Part shown: in pieces, positions 23,801-38,300 of the stretch
Numbering within the stretch: the first letter of the stretch is position 1
How the letters are laid out: each line of letters begins with the position of its first letter
Origin: Mytilus californianus
Lineage: Eukaryota
Assembly (NCBI RefSeq): GCF_021869535.1
Contig: NW_026262581.1
Location: 11,222,001-11,286,000, forward strand
DNA: 64,000 nt
Direction of reading: 5' to 3'
Notes under the pieces: model-generated
What the model was told of the DNA's origin: nothing
The model's input: only the letters and a program-made list of their open reading frames with translations
The model's database searches: none
Translations under genes and position numbers: made by a program

Positions 23801-26150
23801 AACACTATCTTCAGGCCTACAGTTAGCTTAAAATTTTAGGTGTGTCTGACAGCACTGCATTCAGGGAAAGTAGAGTAAGTTAGATGTGTCCGACAAAACT
23901 GTCTACAGAGTAGGCAGAGTGAAGTTAGGTGTGTCCGACAACATTATTTACAGGGTAAGCAAGGTGTATTTGGGTGAGTTCAACTACACTGTCTACATGA
24001 TAAGCAGAGAGAATTTAAGTGTGTCCGACAACACTGTCTTCAGTGTAAGCATAGTTAATCTAGGTGTGTCAGACAACACTGTCTACATGGTTAACAGCGT
24101 GAATCACGGTTTGTCTGACAACACAGTCTATAGGGGAAGCTAAGTAAATATAAAATTGTCCGACAACACTATCTACAGGTCTCAGGTAAGTACAAAATTT
24201 AGATGTGTCACACAACACTGCCTACAGGGAAAGCAGAGTGAATTTAGGTGTGTCCGACAACACCATATACAGGGTTTTAAAGAGTGAAACAAGGTTTATC
24301 TGAAAACACTGTCTATAGAGTAAGCTGAGTGAAATATGGTGTGCCTGACAACTACCTACAGGCCTAGAGTAAGCATAAACAAATTTAGGCGTGTCTGTCC
24401 ACACTGTATTCAGTGAAAGCCGAGTGAATTTAGGTGTGTCCAACAAAACTGTCTTCAGAGTAAGCAGAGTGAATTTAGGTGTGTCCGACAACACTCTATG
24501 GTATAAGCAAAATGAATCTAGGTGTGTCTGACAACACTGTATTCAGGAAAAGCCGAGTGAATTTAGGGATGTGTCCAACAAAACTGTCTTCAGAGTAGGC
24601 AGAGTGAATTTAGGTGTGTCCGACAACACTCTACAGTATAAGCAAAATGAATCTAGGTGTGTCTGACAACTGTATTCAGTGAAAGCCGAGTGAATTTAGG
24701 TGTGTCCAACAAAACTGTCTTCAGAGTAAGCAGAGTGAATTTAGGTATGTCCGACAACACTCTACAGTATAAGCAAAATGAATCTAGGTGTGTCTGACAA
24801 CACGGTCTACAGAATAAGCAGCGTGAATCTTGGTGTGTCGGACAATGCTGTCTACAGGGTAGACAAAGTAGACAAAGTGGATTCAGGTGTTTCTGTCAAC
24901 ATTTTTCACATGGTAGGCAGAGTTAATAATTATATCTGTGTCCTACAATGTCTTCGAGTAAGCAGAGGGAATTTAGATGTGTCCGACATCAATGTCTAAT
25001 GGGAAAGCAGAGTGAATCAAGGTGCGTCCAACAACACTATCTACAGGCCTAAAGAAAGCATAGTGAATTTAGGTGTTTCCGACATCCCTGTCTACCGAGA
25101 TTTCATAGTGAATTTAGGTTTGCCCTTCAACACTGTATACAGAGTAAATCTAGGTGTATCCCACAACATTGTCTCACTGGTGAGCAGAGTGAATCTAGGT
25201 GTGTCCGACAACAATGTTTACAGGGTAAGCAGATTTCATCTTAGTGTGTCCGACAACACAGTCTAAAAGTTAAGCAGGATAATCTTGGTGTGTCCGACAA
25301 CAGTCTAAAAGGTAAGCAGGGTGAATCTATGTGTGCCCGACAACACGGTCTTCAAGATAAGCAGAGTGAATTTAGGAGTGTCCAACAACGCTATCTTCAG
25401 GGTAAGCAGAGTGAATCCAAGTGTTTCCAACAACGCTGTCTACAGGGTAAGTAGAGGGAATCCAGGGGTGTATGACAATAGTGTCTTTTAGGGTAAGCAT
25501 AGTTAATCTAGGTGTGTTCGTCAAAACTGTCTACAGGCTTAAAAGAGTGAATCACGGTCTATAGGATAAGCAAAATTAAGCTAGGTGTGTCTGATAACGC
25601 AGTCTACAGAATAAGCAGAGTTAATCTAGGTATGTCGGACAATACTATATACAGTGTAAGCATACTTAATGTAGGTGTGTCCGATAACACGGTCTTCAGG
25701 GAAAGCATAGTGAATTAAGGTGTATGCAACAACACTTTCTATAGTGTAAGCAGAGTGAATTTAGGTGTGTCTGACAACTGTCTACAGTGTAAGCCGGGTC
25801 AATCACGGTGTGTTATCAATACTGTCTACAGGATAAGCAAAATTAAGCTTGGTGTGTCCGACAACACGGTCTACAGAATAAGCAGAGTGAATCTAGGTGT
25901 GTGCAACAACACTGTCTGGTGTAAGCAGACTGAATCCAGATGTGTCCAACAACACTGCCTACAGTTCAAGCAGAGAGAATCATGGTTTGTCAGACAAAAG
26001 TGCCTAGTGTAAGCAGAGTGTATTACCCAGTGTCAGTCAACACTATGTCTACAGAGTAAGCATATCTTGATGTTCATACATCCATTGTCATGAACTTTAA
26101 ATAGAGTGAATCCAGGTGTGTCCGACAACACTGCCTATATGGTAATCCTG
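20826..26150. repeat. 45 bp satellite array, right part
   Basis: Same unit. The array resumes exactly where the LTR element interrupted it. Diagnostic variant GTAGACAAAGTAGACAAAGTGG recurs at 22561 and 24860. Confidence 0.93.
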
Positions 26151-26649
26151 CTTTGTTTGTCACGTATACTGTCTCTTCGGGGCAAGTATTCATATTTGCA
26201 TAGTCAAACTTGTACACTAGTAACTACTAAAATGACAAAATTCATTCCAGATGGACTTGTACACCTTACAATCATTCCATACACCAAATACAGATGAACT
26301 GTTGCTTAGAGTATCTGAGTAACAGACCAAACCACAAAAACTCTAAATCGATAAGTGAACAATGAAAAAAAGGTCAGATAAAACCTTCCAGTTTAACATG
26401 TACACTTTACAAACATTTCATACACCACATATAGTTGACCTATTGCTTATAGCATGGAAGTATTATATTGACATGCTTATAGTATCAGAGATACGGACTT
26501 CACCATGAAAACTTAACCTTCATCACTGTTTGATCCATAAAATGAGGTGGAGGTCAGGTGAATTATTTCATACAGACATGAAGACCTTGCAAGGATCCCA
26601 TATACCAAACATAGTTATCTTATTACTCATAAATGAGTATTTCATGACA

Positions 26650-27610
26650 AATAAACTGCTTCGCTGAGCGCAGCTGGATACGCCCGCAGAGGTCCAACCC
26701 TGAACAGTTGGGGCAAAAATGGACAAAATATTCAAGCTTGATACAGGTCTGAATTTGGATTGTAATTAAATATTTGACATATTATAGGTTTCTGAATAAA
26801 TGTAGTCAAAGAACTTGAAATTGGTTATATGAATTGAATTTATATTCAATTAAAGATTTCTTGCTGTTGTGCAATACACTGTGCTGTTGCGCAATACTTA
26901 GTAAATCTGTTGTCAGACTATAAACAAATAAAGTTCAATTTATTCTCAATGTCATATTAGAAATTTATAAAAATGTAAAGGGAGCTTACATCAATAGATA
27001 TAAACAATTCACCAAAGTTTCATGAGAATTGCTGACAGCATTTTTGAGTTATTGTCCGAAAACTGGAAAATCCCCCCTTTTTTAATGAATAAAACCCCAT
27101 AACTCAGAAATTTAAAATGTAAAATTTATAAAATTCTAAACGGAGCTTACATCAATAGATATAAACAATTCACCAAAGTTTGATAAGAACTGCTGAAAGC
27201 ATTTTTGATTTTTTGTCCGAAAACTGGAAAATCCCCCTTTTTTTATGAATAAAACCCTGCAACTCGGAAACGTAAAACCTAAAATAAAAAAAATCGAAAG
27301 GGAGCTCATGTCAATAGATATAAACAATTCACCACAATTTCTTGCAAGTTGGTGAAAGCATTCTTGAGTTGTTGTCCGAAAACTGGAAAATCCCCCTTTT
27401 TTTAATGAATAAAACCCCATTACTCGGAAACGTAAAATCTAAAATTTATAAAAAACGAAAGGGAGCTCACGTCAATAGATATAAACAATTCACCAAAGTT
27501 TTATGCAAATTGGTTAAAGCCTTTTTGAGTTAATGTCCGACATGTTGACGACGGACGGACAGACGGACAGAGGTATACCATAATACGTCCCGTAAACGGG
27601 CGTATAAAAA
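26650..27610 (+). mobile_element. Helentron-associated (HINE/DINE-like) non-autonomous element, nested in an older one ending near 27810
   Basis: 5' GCTTCGCTGAGCGCAGCTGGATACG motif, about 160 bp internal tandem units (26980, 27142, 27301, 27461), GACG/GACA microsatellite, 3' hairpin TACGTCCCGT-AA-ACGGGCGTA and an A-run. The host element ends in TGTCTC...GAGACAAAAA at 27770-27810. Confidence 0.75.
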
Positions 27611-28696
27611 CTAAACATTTTTTCAAGCAGTTGCTGAACCATGAAAACGAGTTCAAGGACAATGGACATATGACAGATCGAAACTTGGTAACATAAGGCA
27701 TCTGCATACAAGGTTTTCTACCTTCTGAAATATAAAGCTTTATATAAATAGTATACATGGCTGCCACCCTGTCTCACATTCTGCCACTATTGTCAAAGGC
27801 GAGACAAAAACAAGTACGAGGACTACAGACACTAGTGGTAAGTGTCAGGTCAGTTGAGTTAAAAAGCTACATATTTACAAGTACTTAGGGATTCTAACAA
27901 AACTTCTATGTATGCTTTTTGATTATGTATTTTTCATTTTTTTTTTTACTAATTATTCTTCTGTGAAAAGAGGTCTGTATACTTCGGAACTTCATTGTAC
28001 AAATTCTGATTCTAGTCATTTAGGTTTGCTTTAGATCTGTGCTTAGGATGGTGGATATCAGACCATACAGTCAGACAATCTTTAATAGGCTATTTGGAAG
28101 AGAATAGAATATTTATACGGCGATAAATGTGTTATACATTAAATTTTTTTTAAAGGATAATTTTTATCACAGTAGAAGAAAGTAACAATTTTAATTTACT
28201 GAAAAAAACAGAATTGTTTGATGAAAGCTTGTGTAAAAGCGGCCGATAAAAATAATTCCCCCTACATTGGTTTGGAAAAAGAGATAATATAAGATCAGTT
28301 CCTTTTAAAGGATATGTGATCAGTTAACGCATTATTAAAATGTCTACAATATCTTGGGCCTGAAAAAAAGTCTGATATACCACAACAAATTTACTTTATT
28401 TGTTGCTATAACAAAATATGTACAACATAATAAAATTTTACAATCATGTATTAATATGCGTGATGTTTATTTTTTCATGTTTGTTCCAAGACTTGTCTGC
28501 ATTAGCATAAATCAGATACAAAAATGGATGAATATTGCTCAACTTCTGCTCACTAAACTTTGCATTCATGATTCACTTCACAATTTAAAGAAAACATACA
28601 TATACATGATATTCAAAGGATTAAAATGTTCCAAATCTATAAAAAAGATGAGATGATAATGATGATGTATGAATGAGAGATGGTAAAATGGAGATC

Positions 28697-31600
28697 TTAG
28701 TCTTTCATTTCTCCCTCCTCATCTTCTTCTTCCACTCCTCTGATGTACAACACATTGTTACATCTGAAATAAAGTAATAATGGACATTTATTTATTTAAC
28801 ATTAAAGGCATTATAATTCTTATATTGAATCTTACATAAAACTTTCTGCTACATACTTTTATTCATAATAATTTTTATGGCTTTCTGTTTAATAATTTTA
28901 CTGTACATGGCTGGCATTTAATCTGGCTGATATCCAGTTGAAATTAACCAAAAGAAATGGAACTCATTATTAGAGAAGGTAAAACAGACCAAGTTGGTAC
29001 ATGTATATTTGAATTGTTTACATCTGTTTCTATGGGTTTTAAAAGTTTAACATGTTTAATGTAGGTGCATAATTTAGGATTTTTTGCATCTCATCTATGT
29101 GTTTTTATGTAAATTACAATATGGTACATCGGAAATATTTGTAAAATTTTAAATAAAAGACAAATTTTCACAAAACAGTCGATTGCAGTAGGTACAAATA
29201 CATGTGGATCTTTTTTGTGCATAAGCATAAATTCCACCAAAAAAATTACACAGAAAAATAAAAGAATGATCTTTTTAAAGCATTAATTTGCATCTCTGCC
29301 CCTGGGGACAGTTTTTCAAGAAAAAATCCTAAAAATGGGCAATAATCTCACTGAAAAGAGAATGTCGAGTACACCTTTTTATGTTCAGGAGTGTTTGAAT
29401 TGACTGTTTTGTCTTGAAAACGTATAAAGCAAGCATATTTGATACATCATCTCGCTTCACATTATATCATTTTTATATATTTAGGCTACAGGTTGATACA
29501 TGTATAATAACATTAAAAATCACAGTACTAAAAAATGAAATATATGGGTCAAGTGAATTACCTTTCTAATGAGTCATAATAACAGAGTTGGTGTGTTTGA
29601 TTTATCAAATTTTAACTAAAAGTACTTGACGACAGACTTTACAAGTGGATCTTAAAGATGCATAAGTTCAAAAAAAATCTTTTTGTTTTGTGGTATCCAG
29701 GGTAATAAGTCTTCAACCTCTGAAAATATTTAGTCTGCCCTTCCACGAAATACTTGATTTGAATTTTTTTAGTACCTTTTTAACTTTCAATAAATTGCTT
29801 CGCTGAGCGCAGCTGGATACGACCGCAGATGTCCAACCCTGAAAAGTTGGGGCCAAAATGGACACAATATTCACGCTTGATACAGGTCTGAATTTGGATT
29901 GTAACTAAATTTTTGACACATAATAGGTTTCTGACAAAGAATAACTGTAGTCAAAGAACTTCAAATTGGTTATATGATTTGAATTTATATTCAATTTTTT
30001 GCTTTTGTGCAATACACTATGCTGTTGCGAATTGAATCCCCCCCCAAAAAAAAATTACCCCGGTTTTTTGCTTTTGTGCAATACACTATGCTGTTGAATA
30101 TTAACCCCAAAAAAAAAATTTGAAGAAATTTTCTTTTAATTTCTGAAATCTGAAATGAGAAAAATTGTCCCCCCCCCCCCCCTCCAATTTTTTTCACCTT
30201 CCCCTTTCCCTTATTCCCCAAAAAAAATCTTTCCCTCAAGATATGGTCAGTATCTCAATTCAAATTTCTAATGGAGTTTGCAATCATAATTACCCATTTA
30301 AATACATCATAAAAGTTTTAAAATATAAAATGACATACATAGTCATGGCTAAAATTAATATTAATTAATAGTAACTGCTAAAAATAAATTGACAGCTTAT
30401 CACCTCAAGACAATCATCATTTCTTAATACATAATTTACAAGCAGTGTAAGGGAGGTAATCAAACAGTGTTCTTTTAATTGATTTGGATTACCTCCCTTA
30501 CACTGCTTTTAAATTGTCTCAATTGTCCTTTAACCAGAAAAACCCTTGTTTTCCCCTTTTTTTGCCCCTAATTACTAATTGGGTTGAGCCATAACCCCCC
30601 CCCCCCCCCCCCCCCAAAGTCAATCCTAACCATCCCTTTGTAGTATGGAAACTTGTGGTATAATTTCAGAGAGATTCATACACTTAAACAAAAGTTATTG
30701 TCTGGAAACTACAAAAATGCTTATTTAGGCCCCTTTTTGGCCTCTAATTCCTAAACAAATAGGACCATAACCCCCAAAATCAATCCCAACCTTCCTTTAG
30801 TGGTTATAAACCTTGTGTTAAAATTTTATTGATTTTTATTTACTTATACTAAAGTTATTATCTGGAAACCATCTGTCTTCGGACGACGACAACGTGATAC
30901 CAATATACGACCAAAAATTTTTTAATTTTTGCAGTCGTATAACAAAAATTTTTTAATTTTTGTGGTCGTATAAAAATTCCCCGACAACTGATCAGAAAAT
31001 TATTTTTAAGTTGACAAAAGGCCTATAAGTTCATTAAATGATGCTTAATAGCTAGTCGATACATTTGTCTTTTAAATACAATTGTCATGTAAGAATCGTT
31101 ATGAAGCTATGTGGATAAATTTATCGGTTTTCAAGAGCTAAATTGATAGTGTCATCCTTACAATGGCTTCCATTTTCACGATTTAAAAAATTAGATGGGA
31201 TAATGGGGAAATAATTTTGACAAAGTAGAATCCTTACTGTTATGTGTGCCATTGGTTTTCCATCTTAAAAAAAAATCTTTAACTTTCCTCTAATATTTTT
31301 AGGGGGTACAATAACACACATTCCAAAGTATAACAAGTATTTCTGGAAATTTATTGTTAGTTGAAAGTAAATAAATTAATAGTTACATGTACATTTGTAT
31401 CTTTAGAAAAGACAGGAAACTCAGTATACATCTTTAGAATTACATGCTTTTTAAAGTGTGCATTTGATTAAAAGGATATCTGCAAACAAAATTTTTACAA
31501 AGCTAACAGCTCTATGATAATAATAAAATACACAAAATCTATTTTAAATATTTGCAGTGAACGTAATTATATATTATTCTTTAAATACCTGATTAAAACC

Positions 31601-34600
31601 TCCCCAAGGTTTCCTGTCTGAATACCATCAATGAATTCTTCTGTGTTAGCAAGCTAGAAACATAAAATACACAAAAGATTTAATGATACATAGCACTACA
31701 CATTTTCTTGAAACCACATCTCCTTATCTTTTACATTGTAGCTACAGGTATGTATGAGATATCATCAACTTTTATCAATCAGTCCACCTAAATGATCAAG
31801 GATACTTCCAGCTTCTAGCAAAATGAAAGATGAATAATACATTTGGATCTAATTGTACATGTGCAACAACAGCTTAAATTTAAACTTTGCTCTTGATTTT
31901 TGGATCACATGCAAAGTTTTCTTAAATTTTACTTTTCACTAAATATATAGTTCATCTGCTGATATATAATTTGACCGTTTTGTGTATCTTTAATATTTTT
32001 AAAGCTATGTTGAAAGATGTGCATACTGATATATGACAAAACTATGAATTGTTTAGTCTCTTTGAAAACCTATGAGATACCAGTCGTTTTTCAAGTAAAA
32101 TACATGTAGTGTAAATTGGGTACTCGGTGCAATTTGGGTACGGTTACATTATATATAAACTGACCTGTAAATTCATGTAACCATCTACAGACACCAAATA
32201 ACCTTTATATTCCATTCCCCATTTTAGCTTGACCATCACTGGTTTTCCTGTAAGTCCATTCAAAAATGGTTTGGGGTTCATAGGTAAAGCCTAAAAGTAA
32301 ACAAAAACACAAAACAGTGTCTAAATTATATCAAACTAAATTAGTCAGGTAAAAAAAGTTTGTAGACAATATTTTACTGTACATATATTTCAGGGATCTC
32401 CACAGATGAAAATTTAACGATGGAGGAACTTTCACCATGACAAAACCCTGTGTCTACGGTGTGGCGTGATCGAAAGTATTTCATTCCTCCATTTCTATGT
32501 AAGGAATGGTGAACAGACTGATATATGTATATTGTTTTTATATTTATTTCATTATAAAATAACCAATATTTTCATTGTCAAATTTGTTACAATTCCAATG
32601 TCAAGCCTGCATGGCTCCCCTTAGACAAGTATGACCACAAGCTGTCCTTAAGGTTCACAAGTTGTTTTCTTACTATTTTGGTAATTGTTTAGGACTTAAA
32701 AATCAGGGAGTTCTTTTTTTCACTGTCCAATTCAGAATACATGAACCAGCATCAACGATTTGCAGCATCAACAACAATAAGTTTTGTACCCGTTTTGTAA
32801 AACGTAGAAGAAAGATTTGGAGGGCAAACGTTTACAACTTATAAATTGTTTTAATGACTTTAAAAATACAAATTTCATAGAAATAGACTATGCAACATGC
32901 ATCTCCCGATTCTGAATGTAAACCAGATGTATTAATTTGATTGTTAACATTGAAATGAATTCGGAATAACGATACGAAATTTCTTCAGATTATCATTATC
33001 AAGTTGTAGTTAATATTCATGTATTTGGTTTTAAAATTGTAAAGTGATTCAAAATTATCGACAATTGCACTCGTGTTATGTGGCATGAAATTATGTTCTG
33101 TGTTACGTCTTATTTAGAACTCGTTTAAAAAGGGGGATGCTGATTGCGTAAGTCAATATAAAAGCATGTGTTCGATTTGATAACTTTTTTCTTCGTAACT
33201 GGATTTAAAATTTATTTTCTAATCTATGTTTTCATTAGCATTTGCTGAAACGTAATGAAATAATGCAATCAAATATCTATCTTGATCAAGTGTTCTCCTG
33301 TCAGGTGTGATGATCTACCTGTACAAGTGATTAGCGATATTTAGCTGGACATCCCTCAGGGCTTTAAAACTGTAATCAGGAGGGGTCTTTGGATTATAAT
33401 ACATGTACAATAAGGGTTATGCAATTACATGCAATTGATTATAATTGCTAACATAAACTGTACATGTTAACACAGAGATATGTCTCACCTATTCGTTATT
33501 TTGATAATGCAAATGTTGAAATTAAAATAGCAATACATTTGTACTTTAACATGTAAGTTATGCAAATATTCAAAGTCAATGAACCATGACTGAAGGTACA
33601 GGGCTAAACAATCTCCATGGAAATGAGATGTGCCAATGCTAATACAACTGCAAACCAAATACCATTGACTTTTCATAATTTGTTTCCTTTAAACAAATCT
33701 AACAACAAACATTAACTTGTAAACTATGTAAAAGTTTCAAAGTCAATGAACCATAATTAGGGGGTGGGGTTATATAATCTCCATGGAAATGAAACTTGCA
33801 AAAGCCAACACATTTGCATACCGAATATCATTGACTTAACATTAGTGGTTCATCTTAAACTGACCTAATCACAAACTAATACATGTAAACTAAGCAAAAG
33901 TTTCAAAGTCAATAGACTATGACTGAAGGGTAAGGACCAAATATTCTCCATGGAAATGAGATGTGCTAATGCTTATACAACTGCATACCAATTATCATTG
34001 ACCTACCACTAGTGGTTCCCCTTAAACTGACCTACATGTAATCACAAACTAATACATGTAAACTAAGCAAAGTTTCAAAGTCAATAGACCTTGACTGAGG
34101 GGGCAGGGCCAAATAATCTCCATGGTAATGAGATGTGCCAATGCTAATACAACTGCATACCAAATATCATTGACCTACCACTAGTGGTTCACCATGAACT
34201 GAACCTAATCACAAACTAATACATTGTTGAAGCCGCAGCCGCCGGAAACAGCATACCTTTGTCTCGCTTTTTGACTCCTTCGAGGCGAGACAAAAAAATG
34301 GTTGTGGCTAGCTAAACGAAATCAAAATTTTGCAGGGATCATTTGACGATGGTGGAAGATATTTTAACGACGGCGGTGTGCCATCATCAAACAGGTTATG
34401 GAGATCCATGTATCTATATTGCTTAACATGATAAATGTGAAGGTCTCATCTCTTGTACTAGACCTATTTGTTGTTTTATAAGCAATAATCAATAATTGTG
34501 TAATTTGGTGTAATATTGACTTTCTTCTCAACAGTGATCTTTAACTTTACAAAAGTTATCAACAGTTCCTAAATATGAATATTTACATGCTGCAAGGTTA

Positions 34601-34989
34601 TCTTTTTAGAAAGTGCAATAAAAGCAATGCAGGGTCAACGAAAATATTTGGAAGGCGCTGAGGGACCGCAGCATATCAGCCTGGGAAGTTTAACTACAAT
34701 TTACAAATAAACATAGCTTGACAAGTAGGCTCTAACAGTGTAAAGATCTGCGTCAAAAACTAATTTTAATAGGTTCTGGTGATAAAATTGAAATGAAATA
34801 CGAGATAATGGTATTAATGCATACACAAATATTAATAAAATAGCTTTGTTGTGTCCTCCCCCTTTTTTACGTGACATCCTGGATTCCCGTCGCTTGATGA
34901 CAGAATAGAATATCTTGACCATTTAAGGGAGGAGAAGAGTAAATCAGGGAACAGTGCATTGAAGATTATCAATTTATACGTACGGCCAT
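28697..34989 (-). CDS. SNRPF: Small nuclear ribonucleoprotein F (Sm-F), 87 aa; exons 34984-34989, 32165-32290, 31589-31653, 28697-28763
   Basis: Spliced product MA|[42 protein letters not shown]|[22 protein letters not shown]|[21 protein letters not shown]. All introns are GT-AG with consistent phases. The 6 nt first exon is the least certain part. Confidence 0.96.
29795..30980 (+). mobile_element. HINE-like non-autonomous element
   Basis: Same 5' motif as at 26650; 3' GACGAC microsatellite and a duplicated ATACGACC...GGTCGTATA hairpin. Confidence 0.75.
33470..34298 (+). mobile_element. HINE/pearl-like element with about 155 bp internal tandem repeats, in SNRPF intron 1
   Basis: 5' AACACAGAGATATGTCTCACC; about 5 degenerate units; 3' hairpin TGTCTCGC...GCGAGACA plus an A-run. 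Confidence 0.7.
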
Positions 34990-35308
34990 CGTGTGTTTTC
35001 TTCTGTGAATCGATTAATAACAACAGCGTGGTCTTTTCGTTCGCCGCCGGTGGTAAATAAATAATGAGGAATTATTTCCCTATCGGAAAACGAAACATTG
35101 AATTAAAAATAATTTTATTTACAGATCATACATTGAACTTTCTGAAATAACATTAGAATGAGTGATTCTATTTAAATTGAATAGAGTTTTATTGTTGAGG
35201 CTTCTTCAAATACACATAAACATATAGGTAATTAAAATTCGTTTTGTATGAAAAATTCAAAAAAAACATCAAGTTATTTCCCTTTTTGTATAAAAATAAT
35301 GGAATGAA
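34990..35308. promoter_or_regulatory. Putative bidirectional promoter of SNRPF and MED20
   Basis: Divergent ATGs at 34989 (minus) and 35309 (plus), 319 bp apart. Confidence 0.7.
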
Positions 35309-38300
35309 ATGGGAGTTGTGTGGTAAATTGTTTAATATAGGTTCAATGCAAAAGCTTAAATTCAAACAGACCTTTTCTTCTCATTCCATTGATTCTTTTC
35401 AAGATTTTTCCTTCCGAATTTGGCCCCATATTTGATAGGACAGACAAGACACTGTGACTGATTTTCATACCATCATGATGCATCAACTAAAATTATATCA
35501 TGAATATTTTGAAGAATTGTTTATTTTTTATTTTCTTGTAAACATCTTGAAATCTAAAATTGTCAGTGCTAAAACACATAAACATAATTTGAGATTAATT
35601 TCTTCAACCAGAACAAACACTCGTGTCTTTTTCTCTCATTTGAGCACTGCTATCCATGTTATCATGGTTATTGTTAGGAAAGAATGTGCCATGTCTAAAT
35701 TAAAAGACAAACAAGATTTGGTTTTGAAGAATAGTAGAAATTTCTTAACTCTTCCTGTGTGCATCACTCCTTCCAGATCCCCAATTTTTTATAGAGCATC
35801 CAATAGCAAACACATTTTATATTATTGTACATGTTGTAGTAATTAAACTATTTTATAATCATTGAAATGATTGTGAAAAGTGAATTAACTACCATGTTTT
35901 TAATTAAAAGGATAATAAAGAAACTGAAGAAGGCCAGTGGCTGAACCTTCTATAAAAGTGGTTTAATTATTAATTTATAGTCAATCTATGACCTGTTACA
36001 GAAGGAATGCAGTTAAACAGGGAATTTGGCAAAACAAAAAAGGGAATATTGTGATTTTTTAAAGCATTCAAAACTTTCTAAAACAAATATTTAGCAGAAA
36101 AATATGTTTTGTTTATTTAATTTTGCACATTTAAGATTATAAGTATTGGTAATTAGGTTATATATATGAAATCATTAAAAATTTAGGGCCTTGTCCTACA
36201 CCTTTCAGTTTCCCTTTGCTATACTTTTTTTTAAAATAATCATATTTATCTTTGTTTTAATTTGTCTTTGTAGTATTTTTAGCTATGCTGTGCCTGAGGG
36301 TAAGAGTGGGCAACAAGCAGTTGATATGTTACAGAAAAATGTAGAATTACTAGGAGCCACAAGATCTGGTAACTTTTGTGTTGATTGTGAAACGTACCAG
36401 TCAAATTCACAGAATAGTAAGTTGTACATTGTTTTTGTTTCCTTGAATCATAATTTATGTTAGGGGATCTTTATTACTGGAAATGAGTTTAGTTCTTACG
36501 ATATGGTTGACATTTATGGAATATCTGTGTCAAAGAAGACCAAATACTATGGTATTTTTGTTGTTGCAACAACTGTCACCCTTTTGTCATTCATTATACA
36601 TTTCAAATATGTCTAGATTGTTATACTTCATAAGCAACATCTGTCATCATGATGTGTACTACTAGGGCAGTCAGGGTTACTACTTGTTCAAGTTAATTTT
36701 ATTTACTTTAAGAAGTAAATATTAATATACTTATATAAGTAAATTTGTAAGATACTTATACAAGTGTAAAGTCATATTATCTTCTTTTCTTGAATTTCTC
36801 AGGATTCTTTGCTCTAATAGAATTTTCAATTGTCTGTCCTTTGCAGATGTTTTTACAAATCATTAAATTTAATTTCCATGTAATACCATGGACAATGAAA
36901 ATCTCATTAGTCTGTTATCTTCAAAACACTGCTCATTTACAAGCCTCCAATTTTTGAAGGCCGTGCGCAATTACTTAAGATCTTTGCGCAATTAGTTTCT
37001 CTGTTGAATTAATGAGATGAAATATTGAACTCTAATAGAAAATTATGAGCTAACCAGGGAAAAATTGTTTAAGGCATGTTTTTACATCCCAAAACTTGAG
37101 AATTTTTGGGATTATAAAAAAAAATACTTTTTAAGAAAATTAAGGGGAGGTTATTCAAACATTGTAAGAAAATATGAATATAGCAAATTTACTTATATAG
37201 GTATATTATTATTTACTTTTTAAAGTAAATAAAAATTACATGTACAAGTAGTACCCCTGACTGTAGGGGAGCAGAATATGCTTACCCTTTGGATCACCTG
37301 AAGTTACCCTTGGTTTTTAATAGGGTTCATGTTTCTCAGTCTTAAGCATTTTAAGTGTCATTTTCAGTTGACAACTAAAAAATATTCACTTGTTTTAATT
37401 GGTGGAATATAGCCAAAATTCTAAAGAGAAGTCAGTGAAATCTAGAATGCTCAGGCTAAACTACCACTATTTATTGACAGCTTACTATCACATTTCACAA
37501 ACCAATAAAAAAGGTATTATTTAATGTTACAAATATAACTGCAACAAGGTTCAAACCGGTGATATGACAAAGGGAAATTGTACAGTGTAGATGTGACCAG
37601 TTAATTAACTAGATATCACCTGACTTGATCATGACCAAATACAAACTATGAATATAAGCTGTAATACATGTACTAGGCATTTGTGATTTATCTTTCAGTT
37701 TCACAAAGACTAATTCATATTCTACACAACAGTGAACACCCTGCGTCATGTTTTGCTGCACTGGACACAGGGACAATTCTTGTGTCAGATTTATTGTTTG
37801 ATGTACTCATGTCTAAATTAACAGCTGCTAAGACAGGACGAGAGAGTTTCTACCAACAGAGAAAAGGTTTTAGGATTGAAAGTAGAGGGCAGAGATATGA
37901 GTTATGGGATTTTGTTATCAAAATTGGATCTGTGTCTCTTGCATCAAACTTTAAAGGAATTTTGGTAGAGGTAAGCCTTTATATCATATACATGTTTTTA
38001 CTGGCAGTAGGATTATTTTAAGTGCAAAATATATAAATTTTGCATCAAAATGTGAAAGGTCACTTAAACTGATTGCATAGAAATCAAAATCTGATCTGAA
38101 TCATTGTAAAACTTTCTGTTGAAAAAGCCTAACATATATAATGAACATAAATGTTGTTATTCCCTGCCTGAAATAGTATGTTTTTTTTTCTTGTTTGTGC
38201 GTTCGTCCCTATGTCCCTTAAGGTTAAAGTTTTAGTTTAAGGTAGTTTTGCCAATGCTGTTGGAGGTTTCATCCCTAAGGGTATCACAAGCCAAGAAGTC

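Noticed and set aside
20620-26297. Many ORFs with VSDNTVYRVSRVNLG repeats as a repetitive protein gene
   Set aside because: They arise from the 45 bp satellite. Frames break every few units, and there are no splice signals or unique domains.
30595-30616. Long poly-C run as a G-quadruplex regulatory site
   Set aside because: It is an expanded homopolymer at a position that is C-rich in all copies of the HINE-like family.
32580-32850. Protein-like minus-strand frame in SNRPF intron 1 ([27 protein letters not shown]...)
   Set aside because: Two internal stops and no family recognised; too weak to call.
33300-33400. Box C (GTGATGA) of an intronic C/D snoRNA
   Set aside because: No suitably placed box D (CTGA) or terminal stem was found.
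32393-34400. Exon-like plus-strand segments with AG/GT borders (32393-32499 and about 34336-34394), antisense to SNRPF
   Set aside because: No coherent reading frame or homology; such sites occur by chance in AT-rich DNA.
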